DNA of 64,000 nucleotides, from assembly GCA_043814965.1 (NCBI GenBank), contig JBDRJN010000005.1, positions 4,858-68,857 on the forward strand, written 5' to 3'. The notes beneath the pieces were generated by a model. The model was not told the DNA's origin and ran no database searches. It saw only the letters and a list, made by a program, of their open reading frames with translations. Position 1 is the stretch's first letter. Each line of letters opens with the position of its first letter. The stretch is from Candidatus Omnitrophota bacterium. GTDB lineage: Bacteria > Omnitrophota > Gorgyraeia > Gorgyraeales > Gorgyraeaceae. This document shows, in pieces, positions 30,377-41,356 of this stretch. Both the position numbers and the translations under genes were made by a program.

Positions 30377-31287
30377 TTTTCATTCTCTATGCTTTCCTGC
30401 ATCATATATCCGCATTTTATTCCATGTCTGGCCAAATATTTTTTGATTTCTATAGGTGTTATTTTTTGGATATTTACTGACTCCTGCCTTTTTTTAAAAA
30501 ACTCTATATTTCCCTCGCTTGAAAAATCATCTTCAAAATCATATTGTTCAATAAAAGCATAATGAAGCATGGAAGCTACGCTTACAGCATCTGCTTTTCC
30601 TTTAACTATCACATCTCTGATATGATCAAAATTTCCTGCGCCGCCACAGGCTATAACTGGGATTTGTACGGATCTTGAGATCTTCTGTGTTAATTCCAGA
30701 TCAAATCCACAGGCCGTGCCTTCCATGTCGATCGATGTAATCAATATCTCGCCTGCTCCTAATTTTTCTACATGCAATGCCCATTCAAAAGCATCAACAC
30801 CAGTCTGTTCTCGTCCGTTTTCGATATACGCCTCATAGGAACCGTCGGCTTTTCGCTTGGCTTCAATAGATACTGTAATTGTTGAAGAACCGAATTTTCT
30901 AGCAGCTTCTTTTATAAATTCTGGTTTTCGGATTGCGATTGTATTCAAAGAGACTTTGTCTGCCCCAGCTTGTAAAACAGTTTCTATGTCTCCTAGGTTC
31001 CTTAAACCACCTCCAACTGTTAAAGGTATAAAAATTTCCTTTGAAGTCTTTTTGATAATATCTAACAAGTTGTTTCGTCCATAGAGACTGGCGACTATAT
31101 CCATATATAAAAGTTCATCTGCGCCATTCTCATAATAATACCGCGCGAAACGCTCTGGTTTACCCATGACTCGTAACCCTTCTAGATTTACCCCCTTTAC
31201 AAGGTTTGGCCCTTTAATATCCAACCGTGGTATAAGTCTGATGTATTGTGGCATTTTGATCACGACACCTGCTGTTTCAGTTTCCAT
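30373..31287 (-). CDS. HisF paralogue (imidazole glycerol phosphate synthase cyclase subunit-like)
   Basis: 'RLIPRLDIKGPNLVKGVNLEGLRVMGKPERFARYYYENGADEL' and 'IPLTVGGGLRNLGDIETVLQAGADKVSLNT'. Confidence 0.8.
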   Translation of the reverse strand: METETAGVVIKMPQYIRLIPRLDIKGPNLVKGVNLEGLRVMGKPERFARYYYENGADELLYMDIVASLYGRNNLLDIIKKTSKEIFIPLTVGGGLRNLGDIETVLQAGADKVSLNTIAIRKPEFIKEAARKFGSSTITVSIEAKRKADGSYEAYIENGREQTGVDAFEWALHVEKLGAGEILITSIDMEGTACGFDLELTQKISRSVQIPVIACGGAGNFDHIRDVIVKGKADAVSVASMLHYAFIEQYDFEDDFSSEGNIEFFKKRQESVNIQKITPIEIKKYLARHGIKCGYMMQESIENEK

Positions 31288-32396
31288 TCATCTTTTTGTT
31301 TTTTCCATATATGAGGTAGCCTAAAACCATCTATTACTTTCCAGAAGTGCTCTTCTGTAATATCCATATATTCCAGGCATTCTTTGAAGTGTTTCTTGGG
31401 GAACTCGCCGTCATACTTCTTTACAAGAGCAACTCCTTCTTCTCTTGTTAAATGCCCGTCTCTTATTTCATGAGCTGCGTCAGATGTGGCTCGTCCAATA
31501 CCAAACTTTATGAACGCCAGATAGTAATGTATACCATCCAGGCGATCATCAAGGCTAGCATATTTTGAATATGTGCCTTCGGAACGTGTAAGATTGGGCC
31601 TAAATCCAGTATATTTGCATGCATAATAATAATTCTCTTGTGGTATCCATTTTGTATAATAAGCAAAATAACGGTAATCAACCTTTACTTTTTCAAGCTC
31701 TGCCTGATCTGGTAGCATATAACATTGCAAATCACTTAACTTCATGCCATATTTTGTCCAGTATTCAGGCGCAAAGCCAGAAAAATATGTCGGAGTCATA
31801 TCGTTAGAGACATTGATCGTAGACTTATCAGCATTTCTAGTTTCGCCACCGTATTCCACCTCCCCGTCTTCAGCATACATAACAAGAGGAATTCTATACT
31901 TCACAGCAATATGGAGGGGGAATGCCTTTACCCCATAAATAAATGGCTGAAAAGGATCTCCCATTTTTTCGAAGGCTAACCTGGTAACCTGCCTATGGAT
32001 TTTTCCATCTGGATTCATAAAAATGTTATCAAATCCGGATTTAATGAAATTATCGTAATTCTGTTTTCCTATATCCGTATAAATATGCGGCGAAAATGTC
32101 ACAGTTAGAGGATGCATGCCATATTTATGCTTGAGTTGATGTGCTATATATGCACTATCTTTGCCGCCACTGCACGGCACCACAACATCATAAGAACCAT
32201 CTTTTCTTCTATATTTATCTAAAAGTTCGCAGAGCTCATCTTTTCGTTTTGCCCAATCGGTATATTCTTTTTTTCTCTCAGCATGCTGGCAAGCGCTACA
32301 AACACCTTTTTCATCAAATGTAATCCTAGGTCTTTGATTAGAAATTACACATTTTGTACAATAAAGTACTTCTGTTCCATTGATGGTTTTAGTCAT
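31260..32396 (-). CDS. N-acetyl sugar amidotransferase (WbpG/WbuX/PseA-like PP-loop ATP pyrophosphatase)
   Basis: An N-terminal Cys pair 'CTKCVISNQRPRITFDEKGVCSAC' precedes the PP-loop 'VVVPCSGGKDSAYIAHQL'. Confidence 0.75.
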   Translation of the reverse strand: MTKTINGTEVLYCTKCVISNQRPRITFDEKGVCSACQHAERKKEYTDWAKRKDELCELLDKYRRKDGSYDVVVPCSGGKDSAYIAHQLKHKYGMHPLTVTFSPHIYTDIGKQNYDNFIKSGFDNIFMNPDGKIHRQVTRLAFEKMGDPFQPFIYGVKAFPLHIAVKYRIPLVMYAEDGEVEYGGETRNADKSTINVSNDMTPTYFSGFAPEYWTKYGMKLSDLQCYMLPDQAELEKVKVDYRYFAYYTKWIPQENYYYACKYTGFRPNLTRSEGTYSKYASLDDRLDGIHYYLAFIKFGIGRATSDAAHEIRDGHLTREEGVALVKKYDGEFPKKHFKECLEYMDITEEHFWKVIDGFRLPHIWKKQKDEWKLKQQVS

Positions 32397-32423
32397 TTTA
32401 TCTCTCCGTTCAGACTCTAAAAG

Positions 32424-33194
32424 TTACAGATTTATCTTAATAAAAGCCCATGGTTGTAAAATATACCCGTTGACTTGCCAATCGCCTATCATCTTTGTTG
32501 TGTTTTGCAGACTACCTCTTTTAAAATCCTTAGAGATACTTTTTGGATCAAAATCATTATCCGCTATGATTTCCCATTTTCTGATTCCAGGTAACCTAGA
32601 TAACATATGATCAATATAAGCTTTACTATAAATATTATAATAATTAAAACTTTTGGGTGAGCCATCTTTTTTAAATTCATCACCCATTCCTCGGACCTCT
32701 TTAATCCTAAAAGAGCGCTCACCGATAAGCGTTCTGATAAGAACATGTCTCCGGGAGACACGGCAGAGTTCCCTGAGCGGTTTCTCGATTGACGGCAGGT
32801 GAAGAAGAACATTATTCGACATCACTATTTCAAAAGATTTATTTTTAAATGGCAATTGGTAAATATTCCCTCTATAAAAAGCCACTCTTTTTAAACCTGA
32901 AAATACTTTTTTGGCTAATCTAATATATAAAGAACTATTATCAATGCCTGTATAGAAAAAATTACAGGTTATGCGATTTTTTATACTCTTTAGATAATGC
33001 CCTACTCCGCAACCAACATCAAGGATACTGTCGCCCTCATTAATCCATCCCGATATTATCTTTGCGGTTGCCTTGCTGCTTTCCATTTCAGGAAGTTCAC
33101 CTTTAGCGCGTTTATATAACACCTTGGAGTATTTTTCATTTTTATTTTTTCCCCAACCAGCACCATTATTCCAATCCTTAGTATAAATATTCAT
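32424..33194 (-). CDS. Class I SAM-dependent methyltransferase
   Basis: 'ILDVGCGVGHYLKSI', 'GIDNSSLYIRLAKK' and 'FEIVMSNNVLLHL'. Confidence 0.65.
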   Translation of the reverse strand: MNIYTKDWNNGAGWGKNKNEKYSKVLYKRAKGELPEMESSKATAKIISGWINEGDSILDVGCGVGHYLKSIKNRITCNFFYTGIDNSSLYIRLAKKVFSGLKRVAFYRGNIYQLPFKNKSFEIVMSNNVLLHLPSIEKPLRELCRVSRRHVLIRTLIGERSFRIKEVRGMGDEFKKDGSPKSFNYYNIYSKAYIDHMLSRLPGIRKWEIIADNDFDPKSISKDFKRGSLQNTTKMIGDWQVNGYILQPWAFIKINL

Positions 33195-33220
33195 ATTTTT
33201 GGTTTCTTTGTATACTGTGT

Positions 33221-34228
33221 TTATATTTCCAACAATTCATCTTCTTTAAAGTTTCTTTTTGCGTACGTGCCAATAACTCTATGCCACATCATTGGACTTA
33301 TGCCAGTGCCAGGCCTTTTAACAGTTATATCATCTTCTCTTATTTTATCTCCTTTTTCTATATTTCTTGATGCTACTATGCTTTTTCTGACAATAGGCTT
33401 GTTTTTGCCTTCTGAAGATGATATCTTTTTTATGCCATCGCCCATAGCTTTTTCAATATTCCTTATAGCCTCCACCATAGTCTCAAATTCATGCGGTTCC
33501 AATGATGCTCTATGGTCAGGACCCTTCATGGTTTTATCTAACGTAAAATGTTTTTCTATAACTCTTGCACCTAATGCTGCTGCTGCAATTGCTATTTCAA
33601 TACCAGCAGTATGATCAGAATAACCCACCTTTATCCCAAAAACATCTCTTATTGTAAGCATAGCCCTTAGATTTACATCTTTAATAGGAGTAGGATATTC
33701 CGTATTGCAATGTAGTATGGTTATGTTTTCTTTTAGCGTCCCGGCTTTTATTAAAATATCAAGCGCGCATTTTATATCCTCCAGATCTGACATCCCTGTT
33801 GACATTATAATCTTTTTATTCAACATCCCTAGTTTTATTAAATATGGGTAATTCGTTATTTCTCCCGAAGGAATTTTAAAAATTTTAAGCCCAAGCTTGA
33901 CAAGTACATCTATGCTCCCCAAGTCAAAAGGCGACGAAAGAAATAGAATACCTTTTTCCTTACAATAAGTCAAAAGCTTTATATGTGTATCTATATCTAT
34001 CTCTAATTTTTTTAGCATCTCGAGTTGGGATTCAGAAACCTTGCTTACTGTTCTTTTTTGATATTGTGCTTTAGGTGCAAAACTACTCGCAACTTTCTCT
34101 GCTATAAAAGATTGGAATTTTATAGCATCAGCTCCACATGATGCTGCTATTTTTATCATCTGTTTTGCCGTTGCAATATTTCCGTTATGGTTAACACCTG
34201 CTTCTGCTATAACAAAAACCTTATTCAT
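33221..34228 (-). CDS. Nonulosonic acid synthase (N-acetylneuraminate synthase family; NeuB/LegI/PseI-like) with C-terminal SAF domain
   Basis: 'MNKVFVIAEAGVNHNGNIATAKQMIKIAASCGADAIKFQSF' and a C-terminal SAF region 'IVASRNIEKGDKIREDDITVKRPGTGISP'. The start was taken at the internal ATG. The six-frame ORF extends to 34261. Confidence 0.85.
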   Translation of the reverse strand: MNKVFVIAEAGVNHNGNIATAKQMIKIAASCGADAIKFQSFIAEKVASSFAPKAQYQKRTVSKVSESQLEMLKKLEIDIDTHIKLLTYCKEKGILFLSSPFDLGSIDVLVKLGLKIFKIPSGEITNYPYLIKLGMLNKKIIMSTGMSDLEDIKCALDILIKAGTLKENITILHCNTEYPTPIKDVNLRAMLTIRDVFGIKVGYSDHTAGIEIAIAAAALGARVIEKHFTLDKTMKGPDHRASLEPHEFETMVEAIRNIEKAMGDGIKKISSSEGKNKPIVRKSIVASRNIEKGDKIREDDITVKRPGTGISPMMWHRVIGTYAKRNFKEDELLEI

Positions 34229-34886
34229 TTCTGACCAGCCTCTTTGCAGGAAGACCAGCATAAACCCCGCCGCCTATACCGATAGATGCTACAACAACCG
34301 AACCAGCCCCTATTACAGTATCTTCTGCTATCTTTATATTGTTCAATACCACAGCATTGCTTCCAACAAGCGTTCTTCCCCCTATAGAACAATCACCATT
34401 TATGACACTACCTGTCGAGATATGGCAGTGATCCTCTATTCTTGTGTCATGTTCTATAATAGCTCCTGTATTAATAATGCAATTTTTCCCTATATTTGCT
34501 TCAGAATTTATAAAGGCTTTATGCATTATAATCGCTCCTTCTTCTATAAAAGCTCTTTTCGATACATAAGCCAAAGGCGAGATAATTACAGGAAATTCTG
34601 CTCCTAGATTTTTCAGATATTCAAATCTTTTTTTTCTTTTGCTTCCACCTCTTATCTGGCCTATTGTTACCAAGAAATATCTATACTGTTTCACCAATTT
34701 TGGCAAATCCTCATCACTGGCTATTATTTCATACCCTGATACTTTTTGGTGCGATTTTTCTTTAAAATCTACTATTCCGGCTATCTTAAACTTATCTTCT
34801 TTTTCAATGACATCTATACATGCTTTACAATGTCCACCTCCGCCAAGCAAGACAATATTTTTCTTCATTTTTCTATTTATCCTCAT
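34221..34886 (-). CDS. NeuD/PglD/LegH-family hexapeptide N-acetyltransferase
   Basis: A Rossmann-like N-terminus 'KKNIVLLGGGGHCKACIDVI' precedes LbH repeats 'IGKNCIINTGAIIEHDTRIEDHCHISTGSVINGDCSIGGRTLVGSNAVV'. Confidence 0.7.
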   Translation of the reverse strand: MRINRKMKKNIVLLGGGGHCKACIDVIEKEDKFKIAGIVDFKEKSHQKVSGYEIIASDEDLPKLVKQYRYFLVTIGQIRGGSKRKKRFEYLKNLGAEFPVIISPLAYVSKRAFIEEGAIIMHKAFINSEANIGKNCIINTGAIIEHDTRIEDHCHISTGSVINGDCSIGGRTLVGSNAVVLNNIKIAEDTVIGAGSVVVASIGIGGGVYAGLPAKRLVRNE

Positions 34887-35980
34887 ATTAAATTTTTTAG
34901 CGTTTTACAAATACAATGTATGTCTTTTTTATTGTTAAGCGTAGAACCAGGCAAGCACAATCCTCTTTCGTAAATATGCTCAGCATTTTTATAAACTGTT
35001 TTTTTGTATTTTTTATACAATGGGAGCCTAGTTACTGGCATAAAAACCCTTCTTGTAGGTATTTTTTTTTCATTCAACTTTTTTTGCAAAGATACTATAT
35101 CTACTTTGTTTTTAAAAATAATACATGGCAGCCACCATGAACTGCTTGCCCCATCGTATTCCTGCTGAAAATTAATAAATCTTATACCTTTCAATTCCTC
35201 TTTATATATATTATTGAAGTTCATTTTTTTCTCTAAAAAAGAATCTAGCCTCTCTATCTGAGCCAATCCTAGAGCAGCCTCTATATTCGTCATTCTATAG
35301 TTAAAACCTATTTCTGGATAATGATATTCCCTGGATTCGTCTCTGCCCTGATTTACTAGAAATTTTATGTGATCTAATCTTCTCTCATCACTCCCAACTA
35401 CCATACCACCACCACCAGTAGTAATAACCTTGTTCCCGTTAAAACTAAAACATCCCAAATCTCCAAATGTCCCAGTATATCTATCGTTATACCTAGCTCC
35501 CAGACTTTCTGTTGCATCTTCTATTACATAAAGACCATTTTCTTTTGCTAAATTTATTATTGTATCCATTTCGCAAGGATTACCATAAAGATGAACAGGT
35601 ATTATTGCCTTTGTCTTTTTGGTTATTTTTTTTCTAATCTCTTGAGGAGAGATGTTCCAAGTTTTAGCATCTACATCGACAAAAACAGGCTTTGCTCCAA
35701 CATAAATAATAGGGTTTACCGTAGCAACAAATGTTAAAGCTGGGACAATAACTTCGTCATCTTTACCTATACCAAGTTCATATAACGCGACATGAAGCGC
35801 TGAAGTTCCACTTTGAGTTGAAACACCTTTTTTACCTCCGATATAGGCAACAAATTTTTCTTCGAATTGACTCACGAATGGGCCAACAGTAGAGACATAA
35901 CCCGTTGCCAACGCCTTATTGATATATTTTCTTTCACACTTTCCGACGTTTGGAGCATCAAGAAATATCTTGTTAGACAT
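34883..35980 (-). CDS. DegT-family PLP-dependent aminotransferase (LegC/PglE-like)
   Basis: 'LGCFSFNGNKVITTGGGGMV' (PLP lysine) and 'KPVFVDVD'. Confidence 0.8.
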   Translation of the reverse strand: MSNKIFLDAPNVGKCERKYINKALATGYVSTVGPFVSQFEEKFVAYIGGKKGVSTQSGTSALHVALYELGIGKDDEVIVPALTFVATVNPIIYVGAKPVFVDVDAKTWNISPQEIRKKITKKTKAIIPVHLYGNPCEMDTIINLAKENGLYVIEDATESLGARYNDRYTGTFGDLGCFSFNGNKVITTGGGGMVVGSDERRLDHIKFLVNQGRDESREYHYPEIGFNYRMTNIEAALGLAQIERLDSFLEKKMNFNNIYKEELKGIRFINFQQEYDGASSSWWLPCIIFKNKVDIVSLQKKLNEKKIPTRRVFMPVTRLPLYKKYKKTVYKNAEHIYERGLCLPGSTLNNKKDIHCICKTLKNLI

Positions 35981-36971
35981 TGTAAATATCCGGTTTATAT
36001 AACGTTAGAATATCCATCTTTTTAAACCATCCAATAGTCTCTTTTAAGCCTTTATCCAAAAAATACTCTTCTTTCCAGTCAGTAAGCTTTTTTATTTTCT
36101 CATTGCTACCAACTAATCGTTTTACTTCGCTTTTTTCTGGCCTTATCCTTAAGGTATCATGTGCAATTTTTGCCTTAGGATTTATGATATTTATAATTTT
36201 TGCTGCAAGATCACCTATTGATATCTCTCCTTGGGTCGCGATATTGATTTCTTCGCCTATTGTTTTATCTGATTTCGCTATTTGTATAAATCCGCTTACA
36301 GTGTCTCTAACAAAGGTAAAATCGCGCGTAGGATACAGCGAACCGAGTTTTATTTCTTTTTTTCCGGACAAAAGTTGTATTATGATAGATGGTATTATAG
36401 CTCTGGCTGACTGTCTGGGGCCATATGTATTAAATGGCCTCACTATAGTAACAGGTATTCCAAAAGAGCGGTAAAAAGACTCGGCTATCCTATCAGCAGC
36501 TATTTTCGTAGCGCTATAGGGTGATTGTCCCTGGAATGGATGTTCTTCATCGATAGGTATATATTTTGCTGTTCCATACACTTCAGAAGTAGATGTCACT
36601 AATACCTTTGAAGTGCCTAACTCACGCGCAGCTTGTAATATGTTCAGGGTGCCTTTTATATTTGTATCTACGTACGAATCTGGCGAATGATAAGAAAATG
36701 GTATACCTATTAAAGCAGCCAGATGAAAGACAACGTCAACCCCAGCCATAGCTTTTTTAACACCGTTTGGGTCCCTGATATCTCCGGTAAATACAGTTAT
36801 TTTCTTTAGTTTTTCCATGGAAAAATAATCAAGCCACCCCCAAGAATTAGAAAAGTTATAGTAACAAAAGGCTATTACCTTGCATTTGTGATCCAATAAA
36901 GATTCAACTAAATGGCTTCCTATAAACCCATCCGCCCCAGTAACTAAAACTGTTTTGTTTTTTAAGTTCAT
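35973..36971 (-). CDS. Extended-SDR NAD-dependent nucleotide-sugar 4,6-dehydratase (LegB-like)
   Basis: 'KTVLVTGADGFIGSHLVESL' (GxxGxxG), the catalytic 'YSATK' and the family-specific 'YYNFSNSWGWLD'. Confidence 0.65.
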   Translation of the reverse strand: MNLKNKTVLVTGADGFIGSHLVESLLDHKCKVIAFCYYNFSNSWGWLDYFSMEKLKKITVFTGDIRDPNGVKKAMAGVDVVFHLAALIGIPFSYHSPDSYVDTNIKGTLNILQAARELGTSKVLVTSTSEVYGTAKYIPIDEEHPFQGQSPYSATKIAADRIAESFYRSFGIPVTIVRPFNTYGPRQSARAIIPSIIIQLLSGKKEIKLGSLYPTRDFTFVRDTVSGFIQIAKSDKTIGEEINIATQGEISIGDLAAKIINIINPKAKIAHDTLRIRPEKSEVKRLVGSNEKIKKLTDWKEEYFLDKGLKETIGWFKKMDILTLYKPDIYNV

Positions 36972-36972
36972 T

Positions 36973-38295
36973 TCAACTTTCCTTAGTAAATAAATTTATT
37001 TGTTTTTTACTATCTATAAAACTTTCCGTTTTCCATTTAAGCTGAGGCCTTAAAAATGAATATTCAAAAGTACCATATTGAACATTATTGTACCCTTTAA
37101 ACTTTACCTCAAACTTTAACACCTTATTGAGGACTAAATGCTCAGTTTTAGGATAAAGTAACTGCACTGAGACATAGAAACATCTTTCACCAAAAGTATC
37201 CGGTAAGATAAAACAAGATGATTTATATGTGCCAGGCTGGTGTTCATAAAGATTAAGCTCGTCAGGATCATCTAGATTCTGGGTTATCAAAATAGGCCTA
37301 TTTTCTTCATCCACTATCTGAATGACTACACGCAAATCACTAACAGGGATCAGGCATTGATAGCTTACACTTATCCCGATAGCTTCATCTGAATAAAAGA
37401 TATCCTTTGGTAAACCATTTTTATCAAACAAGGCAATTTCTTTTAAGCAAATTGTAGGATTATCCTTTTTAATTACTCCTTCTATTTTTCTTTCAAAATC
37501 TTTTTCAGAAACCCTCGTTCCTTCATGCAAGTTCTGACCAAGATATTGAGAAATAGCTATTTCTGTATTTGCATCTAAGATTATCCCCCCGCCATCAAGC
37601 AAAATAGTCCTTTTGCATAGATTTTTTATAGCAGCCATATTGTGACTTACAAATAAGACCGTCCTGCCGCCTTCCGAAACCTCTTTCATCTTGCCCAAAC
37701 ATTTTTGCTGAAACTGCGAATCTCCAACCGCAAGGACTTCATCTACGATCAAAATCTCAGGATCCAAATAAGCTGCAACTGAAAAAGCAAGCCTCACCTG
37801 CATACCACTAGAAAATCTCTTCACGGGTGTATCAAGAAAATTCTCCACCCCTGAAAAATCGACTATTTTATCAAACTTTTTGTCTATCTCCCTTTTCTTC
37901 ATTCCAAGGATAGACCCATTAAAATATATATTTTCTCTTCCTGTAAGCTCAGGGTGAAACCCTGTCCCTACCTCAAGCAGGCTCCCTACGCGACCACACA
38001 AGCGAATCTCTCCTTTAGTAGGAGAAGTAATCCGAGAAAGTATTTTTAAAAGAGTGGTTTTTCCGGCGCCATTTCTGCCAATAATACCGACTACTTCACC
38101 TTGTTTAACGTCAAATGATATGTCCTTAAGCGCCCAAAAATCTTCTTTTGAAGAAAGGGGCGCTCTATTTCTAAAGATCTCAAAAGGTTTCTTGAGACAA
38201 GCAGCCATTATATCCCTTAAGGCAAGATAGCTTTCTTGATGGGTTATTCTGTATTTTTTTGATAAGTTCTTTACTTCGATTATAGGCCTGTTCAT
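36973..38295 (-). CDS. wzt: Polysaccharide ABC exporter ATP-binding protein, Wzt/TagH/KpsT type, with C-terminal extension (candidate glycan-binding domain)
   Basis: Walker A 'GIIGRNGAGKTTLLKIL', signature 'FSSGMQVRLAF', Walker B 'ILIVDE' and an additional domain of about 190 aa after the nucleotide-binding domain. Confidence 0.8.
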   Translation of the reverse strand: MNRPIIEVKNLSKKYRITHQESYLALRDIMAACLKKPFEIFRNRAPLSSKEDFWALKDISFDVKQGEVVGIIGRNGAGKTTLLKILSRITSPTKGEIRLCGRVGSLLEVGTGFHPELTGRENIYFNGSILGMKKREIDKKFDKIVDFSGVENFLDTPVKRFSSGMQVRLAFSVAAYLDPEILIVDEVLAVGDSQFQQKCLGKMKEVSEGGRTVLFVSHNMAAIKNLCKRTILLDGGGIILDANTEIAISQYLGQNLHEGTRVSEKDFERKIEGVIKKDNPTICLKEIALFDKNGLPKDIFYSDEAIGISVSYQCLIPVSDLRVVIQIVDEENRPILITQNLDDPDELNLYEHQPGTYKSSCFILPDTFGERCFYVSVQLLYPKTEHLVLNKVLKFEVKFKGYNNVQYGTFEYSFLRPQLKWKTESFIDSKKQINLFTKES

Positions 38296-38301
38296 TTTTT
38301 A

Positions 38302-40674
<2,373 letters not shown>

Positions 40675-40723
40675 AATATAACGTTCTTAAATTGAACGAT
40701 ATATTATTTTATATTACACTTTT

Positions 40724-41356
40724 TTACTTGTCAACTGTTTTATGCTGTGCCTTTAGTTTTTCGAGAAAATCTGAAAAAAAGGCATACATGCTTACGATTA
40801 AAAACGCAACCATAGCAGAAAGCATTATTTTTTTTACACTTTGCTTAGGTTGTTTCATACCATAAACAGCGGGATCGAGGACTTTCGCCATAGGTTTTTG
40901 AGGAGTGACATCTAATTCACTATTAATCTTATCAAGATTTTCTACTATAAAGTTCGCTATTTTCTCGGTAAGACCGGGGTTGGTCCCTTTTACATGTATC
41001 GCAAAAGTAGACATTCCCGAACTCGTATCAATCTTATAACGAAACTTTCTCTTTTTGTTTAATTCAAACTGTTTATTGATATCTTCTATCATTCGCCTAC
41101 TTTTAATTATAGAATCAATAACTGCAAAAGGAGATTCTCCTCCGATACTAGAAATACCTAAAATTTGTCCCAGGGGACCTGCCGACACCCCGGTCCCTCC
41201 TGCTGAGAGAAGCGTAACTGTCGATATATAGCTGGTTGGCTGAGACATTAAAAAAAACATTGTCAAAACTATACCTACAACAACAGCTTTAGTGATTTTT
41301 GCCTGCCATCTTTTAAACATATTAATATAATATAAAATATTAAACTCATAATTCAT
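40724..41356 (-). CDS. Short Wzz-like polysaccharide co-polymerase / chain-length determinant
   Basis: 210 aa with an N-terminal TM 'AVVVGIVLTMFFLM' and a C-terminal TM 'IMLSAMVAFLIVSMYAFF'. The region between them is hydrophilic and helical. It lies between the outer-membrane exporter and the ABC exporter genes. Confidence 0.5.
   Translation of the reverse strand: MNYEFNILYYINMFKRWQAKITKAVVVGIVLTMFFLMSQPTSYISTVTLLSAGGTGVSAGPLGQILGISSIGGESPFAVIDSIIKSRRMIEDINKQFELNKKRKFRYKIDTSSGMSTFAIHVKGTNPGLTEKIANFIVENLDKINSELDVTPQKPMAKVLDPAVYGMKQPKQSVKKIMLSAMVAFLIVSMYAFFSDFLEKLKAQHKTVDK

Noticed and set aside
29693-31287. Annotating the HisH/HisF homologues as histidine biosynthesis genes
   Set aside because: No other his genes are nearby, and they sit next to the WbpG-like amidotransferase in a glycan operon. 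This context is characteristic of the acetamidino-forming paralogues.
32564-32812. Nested minus-strand ORFs in alternative frames (32564-32812, 20815-21015, 55898-56137, 4439-4666)
   Set aside because: They overlap well-supported CDSs in a different frame. They are short and have no motifs.
35991-36010. Shared 9-mer TATAACGTT upstream of the aminotransferase start (35995) and upstream of the regulator gene (40677)
   Set aside because: Two occurrences of an AT-rich 9-mer in 64 kb of AT-rich DNA are within chance expectation.
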